Of a DNA stretch of 64,000 nt, positions 29,274-38,434 are shown in pieces. Position 1 is the first letter of the stretch. The number at the start of each line of letters is the position of its first letter. The DNA comes from Candidatus Gottesmanbacteria bacterium. GTDB lineage: Bacteria > Patescibacteriota > Microgenomatia > UBA10105 > UBA927. The notes below the pieces were generated by a model. The model was given only the letters and a program-made list of their open reading frames with translations. It was not told where the DNA came from and did not search any database. A program made the position numbers and the translations under genes. The DNA lies in NCBI GenBank assembly GCA_016218255.1, contig JACREN010000044.1:2489-66488 (forward strand), in the 5' to 3' direction.

Positions 29274-29648
29274 GGCAAATGTATCAGGTTTGGCCTGATC
29301 AAGGGGCTCATTCACAAACGCGAGAAGAAACATTTCTCCCTGGCCGATATTTTCCAGCTTATGCGCGACACCAGCAGGCACAGCGACCATGGTCGGTTTA
29401 TCTCCACTGACCACAACCTCCTCACGCTCATGCGTTTTCAAATCTTCAAATGAAATTTTTGCTTTCCCTTTAATAATGAGAAACCATTCTTGTTTTTTAG
29501 TATGAAAGTGCTGACCGCGTACAACCCCTTTCTTCGAATATGACACAAAGAAATGCTTCATCGCGCGGGATAAAAACGGATATTCGTTCTGTACGAGCCA
29601 GCCGCGTTCATCACGCCGAACTTTCAGAGGATACGTATCTATTTTCAT
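29262..29648 (-). CDS. Cupin sugar-nucleotide 3,4-ketoisomerase-like protein (FdtA/WxcM-C-like)
   Basis: 128 aa with 'ERGWLVQNE' and 'VRGQHFHTKKQEWFLIIKGKAKI', containing the His pair typical of FdtA-type isomerases. Confidence 0.65.
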   Translation of the reverse strand: MKIDTYPLKVRRDERGWLVQNEYPFLSRAMKHFFVSYSKKGVVRGQHFHTKKQEWFLIIKGKAKISFEDLKTHEREEVVVSGDKPTMVAVPAGVAHKLENIGQGEMFLLAFVNEPLDQAKPDTFASAI

Positions 29649-30640
29649 ATCCAGCCCGTTTTTTTCAAAAGTCTAATAATAGCATTCCGATCCATAAAAT
29701 TACCCGCTAAGTCCGTACGATATTCATTATATTTTTTCCGCAATCCGGAAACTCTTTCTCCATACGGGTAAATAACGAAATAATCATTCCTTTCGACTGC
29801 GCGATGCATTTCCTCTTCTGAAACTAAGGCTTCATACAACTGTTCCCCTTCTCGGGAACCAATCCTTTTCATAGGATATTCTTCTCTACCAGTCAAAGCT
29901 TTGCTCATGACAGCGGCTATATCTGTGATTCGAGCAACCGGCATCTTTTTTACAAAAATTTCTCTTCCTTTTCCTTCTGTGGTCGCTGTAAATACTAAAT
30001 CCATAGCGTCTTCTAAGCTGATCAGGAATCGGGTCATATCAGATTCTGTAATGGTCAAAGGTTCTTTTTTATCAATCTGATCTTTAAAAAGCGGCACCAC
30101 GCTACCCCGGCTTCCCACAACATTGCCGAAACGGACACACGTAAATAATGTTTTATCGGTTTTATGAGCAAACAGCAGAATTCTTTCCTGAATGGCTTTT
30201 GTCATTCCCATGACATTTACTGAACGGACTGCTTTATCAGTGCTAATTGCTATGACCTTTTGCACGCCGTTTTGGATAGCGGCTTCCCGCAAGTTAAAGG
30301 CGCCATGAACATTTGTATATACCGCTTCCATAGGATTTTCTTCACAAATCGGCACATGCTTCATCGCAGCGGCATGATAGATAATATCCACTCCGCGGCA
30401 CGCAGCCAGCAATGTAGAAAAATTTCGTACATCACCGATGGAAAATGTAAGGCGATCGGCAAACGCTGACAGATCGCGACGCAATATGTGCTGTTTCCAT
30501 TCATCCCGGGAAAACACAATGATCTTCCGTGGGGAGAATTTCAAAAGATGCCGTACTAAATATTCTCCAAAGCTCCCCGTCCCTCCCGTGACGAGCACTG
30601 TTTTATCATTAAAAAACTCTGCCATCGCTAACGTGTTCAT
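29645..30640 (-). CDS. UDP-GlcNAc 4,6-dehydratase (PseB/PglF/CapD short-form family)
   Basis: 331 aa with 'KTVLVTGGTGSFGEYLVRHLL' and 'IIVFSRDEWKQ'. It is a paralog of 17951..19006. Confidence 0.8.
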   Translation of the reverse strand: MNTLAMAEFFNDKTVLVTGGTGSFGEYLVRHLLKFSPRKIIVFSRDEWKQHILRRDLSAFADRLTFSIGDVRNFSTLLAACRGVDIIYHAAAMKHVPICEENPMEAVYTNVHGAFNLREAAIQNGVQKVIAISTDKAVRSVNVMGMTKAIQERILLFAHKTDKTLFTCVRFGNVVGSRGSVVPLFKDQIDKKEPLTITESDMTRFLISLEDAMDLVFTATTEGKGREIFVKKMPVARITDIAAVMSKALTGREEYPMKRIGSREGEQLYEALVSEEEMHRAVERNDYFVIYPYGERVSGLRKKYNEYRTDLAGNFMDRNAIIRLLKKTGWI

Positions 30641-31725
30641 AGTGCTTTCTCAATAAATTCCGCAATAAAGTGAATCTGTTTTTTTGTAATCTTCGGATGA
30701 ACCGGCAGCGAAAGCGCTTCCCGGCTTAATTGCTCTGCAATCGGAAAGTTGCCGCGAAACCCGCGTACAAGCAGTTCCTTTTGCTGATGAATGGGTACGG
30801 GATAATAGATCCCATATCCTATGCCTGCACCGTCAAATGCGTGAATGAGCGTCTGTCTATTTTTTTCTTTTTGCTCTCTTACGCGTATCGTATATTGATG
30901 ATACACGTGCTGCACGCATCCCGCAACGACGGGCGTAACAAGCTGAGGCATATCACTCAATAGCTCATTATAGTACGCAGCATGCTCTCTTCGAATCTTA
31001 TTAAACCGATCAAGTTTGGCAAGTTGTACCAGACCCAATGCGGCCTGCATTTCCGTCATTCGCATATTATAACCTAAAAAATCATGATAATATCGAACTC
31101 GACCACCGTGGCTTCTAGCCATCTTCGCATAATCATTAATATCCTTATCGTCCGTCACAATCATGCCTCCCTCACCGGTTGTCATATTTTTGGTCGCGTA
31201 AAATGAAAAACAACCAATATCCCCAATAGATCCTGCCTTTTTGCTTTTGTATATGGCTCCATGGGCTTGGCAAGCATCTTCTATGATCTTCAGATCGTGA
31301 CGTCTGGCGACGTCCCGGATTATGTCCATATCACAAACATTTCCAAATAAATGAACCGGCAAAATTGCCTTTGTTCGTTTGGTAATTTTTTCTTCTATCT
31401 TTCCTGCGTCAATATGAAAGTCTTTACCAATATCGACAAACACCGGCGTTGCACCCACATACAAAATCGCGTTGGTCGAAGCGATAAAACTATAGGGGGT
31501 CGTTATCACCTCATCACCCGGACCGATGCCAAGAGCAAGAAGAGCAATATGAAGAGCTACCGTGCCATTTGCCACCGCAACCGCATACCCCGAACCCATA
31601 TAGGAAGCAAATTGCTTTTCAAAAGCCGCCACCGTTTCCCCTTGTGCCAATTGTCCGGAGCGCAGGACCTTGACCACCGCCTGCTCTTCCTCATGGGTAA
31701 AAGAAACATGAGTAATAGGAATCAT
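30637..31725 (-). CDS. DegT/DnrJ/EryC1-family sugar aminotransferase (PglE/PseC-like)
   Basis: 362 aa with 'AVANGTVALHIALLALG' and the catalytic Lys in 'FSFYATKNMTTGEGG'. Confidence 0.85.
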   Translation of the reverse strand: MIPITHVSFTHEEEQAVVKVLRSGQLAQGETVAAFEKQFASYMGSGYAVAVANGTVALHIALLALGIGPGDEVITTPYSFIASTNAILYVGATPVFVDIGKDFHIDAGKIEEKITKRTKAILPVHLFGNVCDMDIIRDVARRHDLKIIEDACQAHGAIYKSKKAGSIGDIGCFSFYATKNMTTGEGGMIVTDDKDINDYAKMARSHGGRVRYYHDFLGYNMRMTEMQAALGLVQLAKLDRFNKIRREHAAYYNELLSDMPQLVTPVVAGCVQHVYHQYTIRVREQKEKNRQTLIHAFDGAGIGYGIYYPVPIHQQKELLVRGFRGNFPIAEQLSREALSLPVHPKITKKQIHFIAEFIEKAL

Positions 31726-32282
31726 ATAGATATTTCAGCTTTACACACAGGGCACATCTGCCCTACCCCCTTTTTCACGAGCTTTGCTCCACAAAGACAG
31801 ACATATCCATGCGCGCGGGCAGGATTTCCATATACCAGGCTATGTCGAGCAACATCTCTTGTCACTACTGACCCAGCGCCTATCATCGCCCATTCTCCGA
31901 TAGTTACCCCTGGAACGATAACGCTACCCGCTCCCACAGATGCACCTCGCTTCACCACCGTCTTGGTTACTACCCAATCCTTGACTCCCTTTGGTTTCTC
32001 TTTTGGTGTCACGGCACGGGGCACTTTATCATTCGCAAAACATACGTGAGGACCCACAAACACTCCGTCTTCTATAGTAACACCCACATAAATCGACACG
32101 TAATTACCTATCTTACAATTATTGCCAACTATAACATCATGATCAATATACACGCCTTTTGCGATAATGCAACTGTTGCCCAATCTCGCATGCTCGCGTA
32201 TTTGTGCGTGATGCCAAATTTTAGTTCTTTCTCCAATATGGGCATTTTTGCTTACCTCCGCAGTTGGGTGAATATATATCAT
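31722..32282 (-). CDS. Left-handed beta-helix (hexapeptide-repeat) N-acetyltransferase (PglD/WbpD-like) with a C-terminal Cys4 tail
   Basis: 186 aa with imperfect hexapeptide repeats, for example 'IGERTKI', 'IREHARLGNSCII' and 'VIVGNNCKIGNYVSI'. The C-terminus reads 'VCLCGAKLVKKGVGQMCPVCKAEISI'. Confidence 0.8.
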   Translation of the reverse strand: MIYIHPTAEVSKNAHIGERTKIWHHAQIREHARLGNSCIIAKGVYIDHDVIVGNNCKIGNYVSIYVGVTIEDGVFVGPHVCFANDKVPRAVTPKEKPKGVKDWVVTKTVVKRGASVGAGSVIVPGVTIGEWAMIGAGSVVTRDVARHSLVYGNPARAHGYVCLCGAKLVKKGVGQMCPVCKAEISI

Positions 32283-33355
32283 AACGTATTATAAAAAAAA
32301 TCGACAACAACGTCACTTGGCCGACTCGTAACTTGCTTGTGACGGCGTAGTCTCCTGTACGAATTCAAAAACCAAACAACTCTCCTCATTTCCAACTTCG
32401 ACAAGTAAGCAGTCTCCCCAATGCCAATATCCTGTTCAATAACTTCTCTTAAAATAAGCATTGGAGTATTGAGAACAAACGTTTCTGTCTGCAACCCACC
32501 GCTGTCAGAAGCTACAAACTGACTGTGTCTGACTGCATGCATAAAATCAACATAATCAAAAAGATAACTGGTAACGAGCGGAAACTTACGTTTTAGCTCC
32601 AATATAGTCTGCCAAACTCCCTGCTTTTTAAGCTCAAAAACAGTATTGGTATGGATCGGCCATATGACGATAAACCCTCGGCGCAAAATTTCCTCCAATA
32701 TTCGGATAATGCGATGCAACCTTTCTTTGTTGAATAAATTTTCTTTTCTATGAAACGTAATGAGTACATATTTTTTTCCAAAAAATTGCTTTATCTTATT
32801 TGACGGTGGTCTTTGCAAAGCCAGTCTCGCCGAATCCAACGCCGTATTTCCGTTGGTAATGAAAATACTCTGCTTTCTCTTGATTGTGTCTGCGTCTCTC
32901 TGATATGGACAAAAACTAATATCGCTATACCTGGATACGACCGTTCGGGTAATCTCCTCAGGAAATGGTTCAAAAAAATTCCAACTGCGAATTCCGGACT
33001 CCAGATGCACGATGCGCGCACCAAACCATTTTGCAATGAGAAAACCCAAAATAGTTGACTCTGCGTCTCCATGGATAAGAACGTAATCATGTTTGGTTAT
33101 AGGAAGCTTACGCGCATTCCACAGCACATGAGGCGCCCAACACAACAGTTCCCAGATATTTGCAAGGTCCCTTTTTTTCATCGTCAGGTAGATATCCGGC
33201 TTGCGAATTCCCAATCTTTTTCTGGTATTTTCTATGATATGATAATGTTGACATATATGTATAAACTGATAGGGTACCCGACGCTTATCAAGCCCCTGCA
33301 TAACAGGAAACGTCTTCATGAATTGTCCCTTTGTGCCGATGAGTATATATATCAT
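32279..33355 (-). CDS. UDP-N-acetylglucosamine 2-epimerase family protein, second copy; a hydrolysing NeuC/LegG-like role is possible
   Basis: 358 aa with 'IVHLESGIRSWNFFEPFPEEITR' and 'FVASDSGGLQTE', which are epimerase_2 motifs. Confidence 0.65.
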   Translation of the reverse strand: MIYILIGTKGQFMKTFPVMQGLDKRRVPYQFIHICQHYHIIENTRKRLGIRKPDIYLTMKKRDLANIWELLCWAPHVLWNARKLPITKHDYVLIHGDAESTILGFLIAKWFGARIVHLESGIRSWNFFEPFPEEITRTVVSRYSDISFCPYQRDADTIKRKQSIFITNGNTALDSARLALQRPPSNKIKQFFGKKYVLITFHRKENLFNKERLHRIIRILEEILRRGFIVIWPIHTNTVFELKKQGVWQTILELKRKFPLVTSYLFDYVDFMHAVRHSQFVASDSGGLQTETFVLNTPMLILREVIEQDIGIGETAYLSKLEMRRVVWFLNSYRRLRRHKQVTSRPSDVVVDFFYNTL

Positions 33356-35352
33356 AATTTCTCTATTCCCTTAGGTCCATAAACACGAACTTGAATATAG
33401 GAAAGTATACAAGAAAGGAAATCGTTTGGAACGATATCGATCATTCGTGCCATTGTAGCCGGAAAAAAATAATACCATGTATTTGGCTTAAAATAAAATT
33501 TTTGATATTGCCCATAGATGCTTTTGAAAAACCGCATATCCTCCTCCATTCTTATTAAGTTCTCCCCATCAGCAATATATTGTACCCCGCCGTCATCCGC
33601 TTTGCTACAGTCCAACGTGTTGTGATCGACCTCTATTCGCGTTATTATTCTTAATCTGTCGAGACGAATTTTTATAAATCCTTCGTTTCGACCGCCTGTG
33701 ATGTCCACATTTGGAATAATCATCTCATTTGAAAGTTCAGGTTTAAAATATGTCGCCTCATTTTTCCAAATTTTCAAAACGGGTATGCCTTCAACGCTGA
33801 TTATATCGACTGGATTCATCATTTGATTTAAATAGAGAAAGTTATATCGCGGCGGCGGAAAATCTACCGACACCATTTCCATCATGTATTCCCCCTCATG
33901 TCTTAATGCAGAAAAATATGCACCAAATCGTATATCCTTCCGGATATACTGCCCTGGAATATTCGAAAGCAGCCCAACAGGCAAACCGACTCGGGCGTTC
34001 TGTTCTGCATGTTTATTAAGCCACCTGATGCCCTGCAGATATACATTTCCCATGGATTCCGCGGCTCCGGGAATCTTGTGTGCAACCGCACCGGATACAC
34101 CGCCAATCAGACTATTAAGAAATAAATTCTCATTCGGATGCATGCGCATCATCGTCAAAAGCGTTGGGACAAACAATAATACAATGACGACCGAAGAAAA
34201 AAATCTGCGCCCTGTTATTTTCACTAGCACTTCTCTACATATATGTGCGCCAAACCCTGTCAACAATACAAGAGCAGGTAAGTATTCCAAAATCTGCCTG
34301 ACGCCGCTATAAATGGATGCGCCCGGCCACATCACCCGCACGATCGGCACGCATAACCAAAATACCACCAGCCAGACAAACCGGCTCTTCTCCTTAAAAC
34401 GACCAGTCAATACTCCAACAAATCCAACAACCGCAAAAAGCAAAGAAACCAGCGGCGTTGATATAACGACAAAAAAGGGTGGATACATATTCCACCCGTA
34501 AAAAAGAAACGACGGCTGATTGGCATTGCCCGTACCTATTCCCTTGTAATACATGATTGTATCCCGCAGTCTTCCGATCGGATCAGACCAAAGATATGGC
34601 CAGGACGAGTAAAAAATCAAAAAAACGATAGCAGGAAAAAGCAAAAAAGACAAAATCATTCTCCGTGTAAAAAAGCGCGTTGGCCGGCAAATAATAAGAT
34701 AGGGCAGCAGCATAAAAGGAACAAAAACAATATTAAATTTTGTTGATAAAGCTAATCCGCATAAAAACGCAGACCACAGCAGCAGAGACGCTTTATTTTT
34801 CGTTATCCCGAGGTAAAAAAAATATACAGTTCCGGCAAAAAATGCGGTTTCTACCGGATCTTTGATATTAAAGCGTGATTCTCCCAAAAAAAGTGGGTAA
34901 AGGGCAAGGGCTAGGGCCGCGATACCTCCAGCAAACGCCCCAAGCGTGTCCCGCCCCATCACAAATACAAGAAACACCAATAAACCGGCAACAAGTACTT
35001 CAAACGCGTGATATGATTCCAAATCTCCCATAATTCCCAACTTCTCATAAAGTATCCGGTTGCTTAATGCAGCAATAATTCCGTTTAGAGCTGGATGCCC
35101 ACCGTCATTTTTCAGAAAATATTGCCCATTGTATTGCTGAATCTTCCATGCGCTTACTCTCGGTCCAATCAAATTCGATGGACGGTAAGAATACTGGCCA
35201 GTCGTCAATAAGTGTAAATATGCCTGACCACGAATAAAATGAATCGGCTCATCAATATTGATGCCGTAATCAGAAAGCGTCGCAACACCCACAACAAAAA
35301 AAACCATCGCTATAATTATTCCCCCAAAATACCGGATTATAAAATTTTTCAT
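33352..35352 (-). CDS. GT-C-type glycosyltransferase, PMT/ArnT-like, paralog of 23336..25387
   Basis: Motifs 'GINIDEPIHFIRGQAY' and 'DGGHPALNGIIAAL', with the same length and architecture as the paralog. The ORF track extends to 35397. The ATG at 35352 gives an ATGA overlap with the GT4 gene ending at 35349. Confidence 0.55.
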   Translation of the reverse strand: MKNFIIRYFGGIIIAMVFFVVGVATLSDYGINIDEPIHFIRGQAYLHLLTTGQYSYRPSNLIGPRVSAWKIQQYNGQYFLKNDGGHPALNGIIAALSNRILYEKLGIMGDLESYHAFEVLVAGLLVFLVFVMGRDTLGAFAGGIAALALALYPLFLGESRFNIKDPVETAFFAGTVYFFYLGITKNKASLLLWSAFLCGLALSTKFNIVFVPFMLLPYLIICRPTRFFTRRMILSFLLFPAIVFLIFYSSWPYLWSDPIGRLRDTIMYYKGIGTGNANQPSFLFYGWNMYPPFFVVISTPLVSLLFAVVGFVGVLTGRFKEKSRFVWLVVFWLCVPIVRVMWPGASIYSGVRQILEYLPALVLLTGFGAHICREVLVKITGRRFFSSVVIVLLFVPTLLTMMRMHPNENLFLNSLIGGVSGAVAHKIPGAAESMGNVYLQGIRWLNKHAEQNARVGLPVGLLSNIPGQYIRKDIRFGAYFSALRHEGEYMMEMVSVDFPPPRYNFLYLNQMMNPVDIISVEGIPVLKIWKNEATYFKPELSNEMIIPNVDITGGRNEGFIKIRLDRLRIITRIEVDHNTLDCSKADDGGVQYIADGENLIRMEEDMRFFKSIYGQYQKFYFKPNTWYYFFPATMARMIDIVPNDFLSCILSYIQVRVYGPKGIEKL

Positions 35353-36413
35353 ACAGATAATAAAACCCCTAACGCCTTCCGGGCCGCCAGATTCCAACTT
35401 CTTCTTTTTGCCTGAACAAGTGCGCCCATCTGCAACACTCTGTATAACTTCTTATCCTGTAATACACGAATCGCTTCACGAGCAAGTGAATCTGGATTCG
35501 GCGCAGTTAGTATGCCGCTCGTTCCATCCATTACGACATCCCGTACTCCCGATACATTATATGCAATCGTTGGGGTACGCACGAGTCCGGCCTCACTCAC
35601 CACCAACCCCCAACCCTCATGAATAGAAGGAAATAAAAGCAAATGAGCCTTTGCCAAAAAGGAAAATTTCTTTGTTTCAGATACCTTACCAAAAAAACGC
35701 ACCGAGTTTTTTCTCCAATGTGATTTTATCGGTCCTTCACCAATCACCCAAAAGTTGGCTTCTGGAAAATGATTTTTGACAAGATCAAAAGCCAATAGAG
35801 CGTCCTCCGTACCTTTTTGTTTATTGATTCTCCCCAAATACACCAACGTTGGATTATTTTCTTTTTTTGTTTTTGGTAGATGTCGAGGCATATCTACACC
35901 CAATGGAATAACTGTAATTCCTCGATCATTGAACCCTTCAGCGATAAGATCGTCCTTTGTTGATTTTGAAATTGTTATAGTCGGAACATTTCGGTACAAA
36001 TAGAAATATATTCTTTCAATCCAACGTCCCAATGCAGCCAAGGGCTTAGGAAACAAAACCGGAAAAAGTTTTTTGGCTACTTCACACGCCAAAAGTACTG
36101 TCTTATTACCTGCATAGAATACTGCAAAAAATGGATACCAATGCACTTCATCTATTACTACATCTGTAGCTTTTTTGAATCGAAAAAAATAATACCAAAC
36201 TGCCAATGCATGCACATTCCACCATCGGCCTCGCCGAAATATTCTCACCCCGTCAATATATTCATCGGGCAAACTTCCCCGATAACCGGCACAAAAGACA
36301 GTAACACTATGTCCCCAGATCACCCAGCGCTTTGCGAGTTCATGCGTGAGTCTTTCAGCACCCCCACCAGCCGGATTTTTGATATCACGCCAATTGAGAA
36401 TGAGGATTCGCAT
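35349..36413 (-). CDS. GT4 (GT-B fold) glycosyltransferase
   Basis: 354 aa with 'MRILILNWRDIKNPAGGGAERLTHELAKRW' and C-terminal 'LFPSIHEGWGLVVSEAGLVRTPTIAYNVSG'. Confidence 0.75.
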   Translation of the reverse strand: MRILILNWRDIKNPAGGGAERLTHELAKRWVIWGHSVTVFCAGYRGSLPDEYIDGVRIFRRGRWWNVHALAVWYYFFRFKKATDVVIDEVHWYPFFAVFYAGNKTVLLACEVAKKLFPVLFPKPLAALGRWIERIYFYLYRNVPTITISKSTKDDLIAEGFNDRGITVIPLGVDMPRHLPKTKKENNPTLVYLGRINKQKGTEDALLAFDLVKNHFPEANFWVIGEGPIKSHWRKNSVRFFGKVSETKKFSFLAKAHLLLFPSIHEGWGLVVSEAGLVRTPTIAYNVSGVRDVVMDGTSGILTAPNPDSLAREAIRVLQDKKLYRVLQMGALVQAKRRSWNLAARKALGVLLSV

Positions 36414-36419
36414 GGGACT

Positions 36420-37280
36420 TTAGCCAATATTAATGCGGAAATTTAGCTCCGGATCATATCGCCATTGCTGACTGTTTAAATTGTCGTAGTACCGTAAAAT
36501 TTTCAGCCGATAAAATACAGCCGCGGTATCCCACAGCATATGATAAATAATATTCCATAAGTTAGCGGATGTAATGCTAGAAGCTCCCGAAAAATCCAGT
36601 TCAACCGGCGCTTCAAAAATCCGACGATACCCTAAATGATGCGCCACTGCCAAAATTTCGATATCAAAGGCAAACTCTTTCACCAACAGCCTCGGCAACA
36701 CATCCTCTAGAACCTTCCGCCGAAAAAGTTTCATTCCCACTTGTGAATCACGGATGTTAAGACCAAACATAACACGTACTACCATTTGATACCCCCACGA
36801 CAACAGCGTTCGGGAAAAAGGATAATGCACTTTTGATACCGGATGCCTCTTGCTTCCGATAATAATATCCGCGTTGTACCAGCGGTAATGTTCCAAAAAC
36901 ATGGATACCCCTTCTGCCCGAATATCGCTTCCGGCATCCAAAAATGCAATCACATCACCCTTGGCTCTGGCCATACCGTAACGCACCGCATATCCCTTTC
37001 CGTGATTATGCTCATATCCTACGACGACGATATGTTTTCTGACAAGCTTACGTGCCCGCGCATATGTCTGATCCTCTTTTCCATCCACAACCACAATGAG
37101 TTCATAGGGAATTTTTATATGCACAAGAGATGCATCAATTTGCCGGATATCTTGCTCTATGCTCTTTGACTGTTTATAAGCGGGAATGATAACGGAGAGC
37201 AATTTTGGATCGTGCTGCATAGGCGTAATATAGCAAAAGCACGCCCAAAAGAGAAGCTGTAACAGCCAATGATACACCAA
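36420..37280 (-). CDS. Family-2 glycosyltransferase
   Basis: 'LSVIIPAYKQSKSIEQDI', 'VVVDGKEDQT' and 'FLDAGSDI'. Its 5' end overlaps the upstream flippase gene by up to 107 nt, so the start is uncertain. Confidence 0.7.
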   Translation of the reverse strand: MVYHWLLQLLFWACFCYITPMQHDPKLLSVIIPAYKQSKSIEQDIRQIDASLVHIKIPYELIVVVDGKEDQTYARARKLVRKHIVVVGYEHNHGKGYAVRYGMARAKGDVIAFLDAGSDIRAEGVSMFLEHYRWYNADIIIGSKRHPVSKVHYPFSRTLLSWGYQMVVRVMFGLNIRDSQVGMKLFRRKVLEDVLPRLLVKEFAFDIEILAVAHHLGYRRIFEAPVELDFSGASSITSANLWNIIYHMLWDTAAVFYRLKILRYYDNLNSQQWRYDPELNFRINIG

Positions 37281-38430
37281 TCACATTTGCAAGTGTACTA
37301 TGAAAAAACCATATAACGCTCGCCTGAGCAACCGCAGCAACGGGCATAAAAAATATCGGAGTTGCTTTGTGCGCACCGAAATAAAACATGGTCACTACAT
37401 TGACGAGGGCGCACACAGACAAAAATAAACCAAACATCGGCAAATAAGACGCAGCACTTACGTATTTTGCTCCGATAAGAGCCCGGATTACAATTTCTGG
37501 AAACATCCAATATACGAAACTGATCCCGCCAGCCAATAGTGCGGTAAGGCCGAGACTATAAAGAAACATCTTATGATATCCGTCTCCCTTTGCGTAGGCC
37601 GCAGACACCAAAGGCAGCATGGTATTGGCAATCGGCGCCGATCCGAAATAAATAATTTTTCCCAGCACGGATAGCGCGGCATACGTACCTGCTTCACCAG
37701 GTAAAAAATGTCTCACTAGAACAACATCAACATTAAAAAAGGCGATCATGCTCATGGTCATAATAAAGCTAATCACCGACTCGCTCCCTATTCTGCGCCA
37801 ACCTATATCCGCGGCAACCACGGAACGAGACATATTCTTTTCGATGACAATTAACGTGTATAAGTATGTAAAAACTCCGGCAAGCACAAATGCTCCAAAA
37901 GCGCCGGTTGACCCCCAACCAACCAATACTGCCAATATCCCCAATGCCAATTTTCCATAAGACTCAATTACATTCGCGACTACCAATTCAAAAAATTTAG
38001 AAATTCCCTGAATAATACTCCTATTCAAAATCTGCAGAAGTCCAAAAAACAATGCGATATCCAAAAATACAAAACTGCCGAATGAAGAAATATGCAAAAA
38101 GGATAAAACAGGTCCCGAGAAAATCAAAAAGATTATACCCCCAATGACCAGTATTTTCCAAAAATACGCCGTCAGCCGGTAATAGAGAAAATTTATTTTT
38201 CCGTGCTCTCCGAATCCCGCAAATTGAGCCACAAATTTGACCATCATCATATTCAGCATCACCAACGGAACTGTTATGATATTGGACAACGAAATCAGAC
38301 TCTGGAGAATGCCGTATTCAGAGGGCGGCAACATGCGGCCAACCAGCAAGTGGTATAGATATGCTCCTGACTGAGCAGCGAAAGCGCCGCCAACCATTAA
38401 CACATTCGCATGAATAAAATCCTTCTTCAT
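37174..38430 (-). CDS. Wzx/MOP-superfamily oligosaccharide (lipid-linked glycan) flippase-like membrane protein
   Basis: 418 aa with about 12 TM helices. The N-terminus 'VGGAFAAQSGAYLYHLLVGRMLPPSEYGILQSLISLSNII' is typical of polysaccharide-biosynthesis flippases. Confidence 0.6.
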   Translation of the reverse strand: MKKDFIHANVLMVGGAFAAQSGAYLYHLLVGRMLPPSEYGILQSLISLSNIITVPLVMLNMMMVKFVAQFAGFGEHGKINFLYYRLTAYFWKILVIGGIIFLIFSGPVLSFLHISSFGSFVFLDIALFFGLLQILNRSIIQGISKFFELVVANVIESYGKLALGILAVLVGWGSTGAFGAFVLAGVFTYLYTLIVIEKNMSRSVVAADIGWRRIGSESVISFIMTMSMIAFFNVDVVLVRHFLPGEAGTYAALSVLGKIIYFGSAPIANTMLPLVSAAYAKGDGYHKMFLYSLGLTALLAGGISFVYWMFPEIVIRALIGAKYVSAASYLPMFGLFLSVCALVNVVTMFYFGAHKATPIFFMPVAAVAQASVIWFFHSTLANVIGVSLAVTASLLGVLLLYYAYAARSKIALRYHSRL

Positions 38431-38434
38431 GTTA

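Noticed and set aside
31351-32049. 232-aa plus-strand ORF and many other 60–170-aa ORFs in the six-frame track (for example 1673..2134, 17926..18432, 33884..34312, 57464..57919)
   Set aside because: They lie antisense to, or out of frame within, well-supported genes (aminotransferase, LbH, epimerase, GT-C). They have low-complexity, basic or Cys-rich composition and no recognisable domains. They are shadow ORFs.
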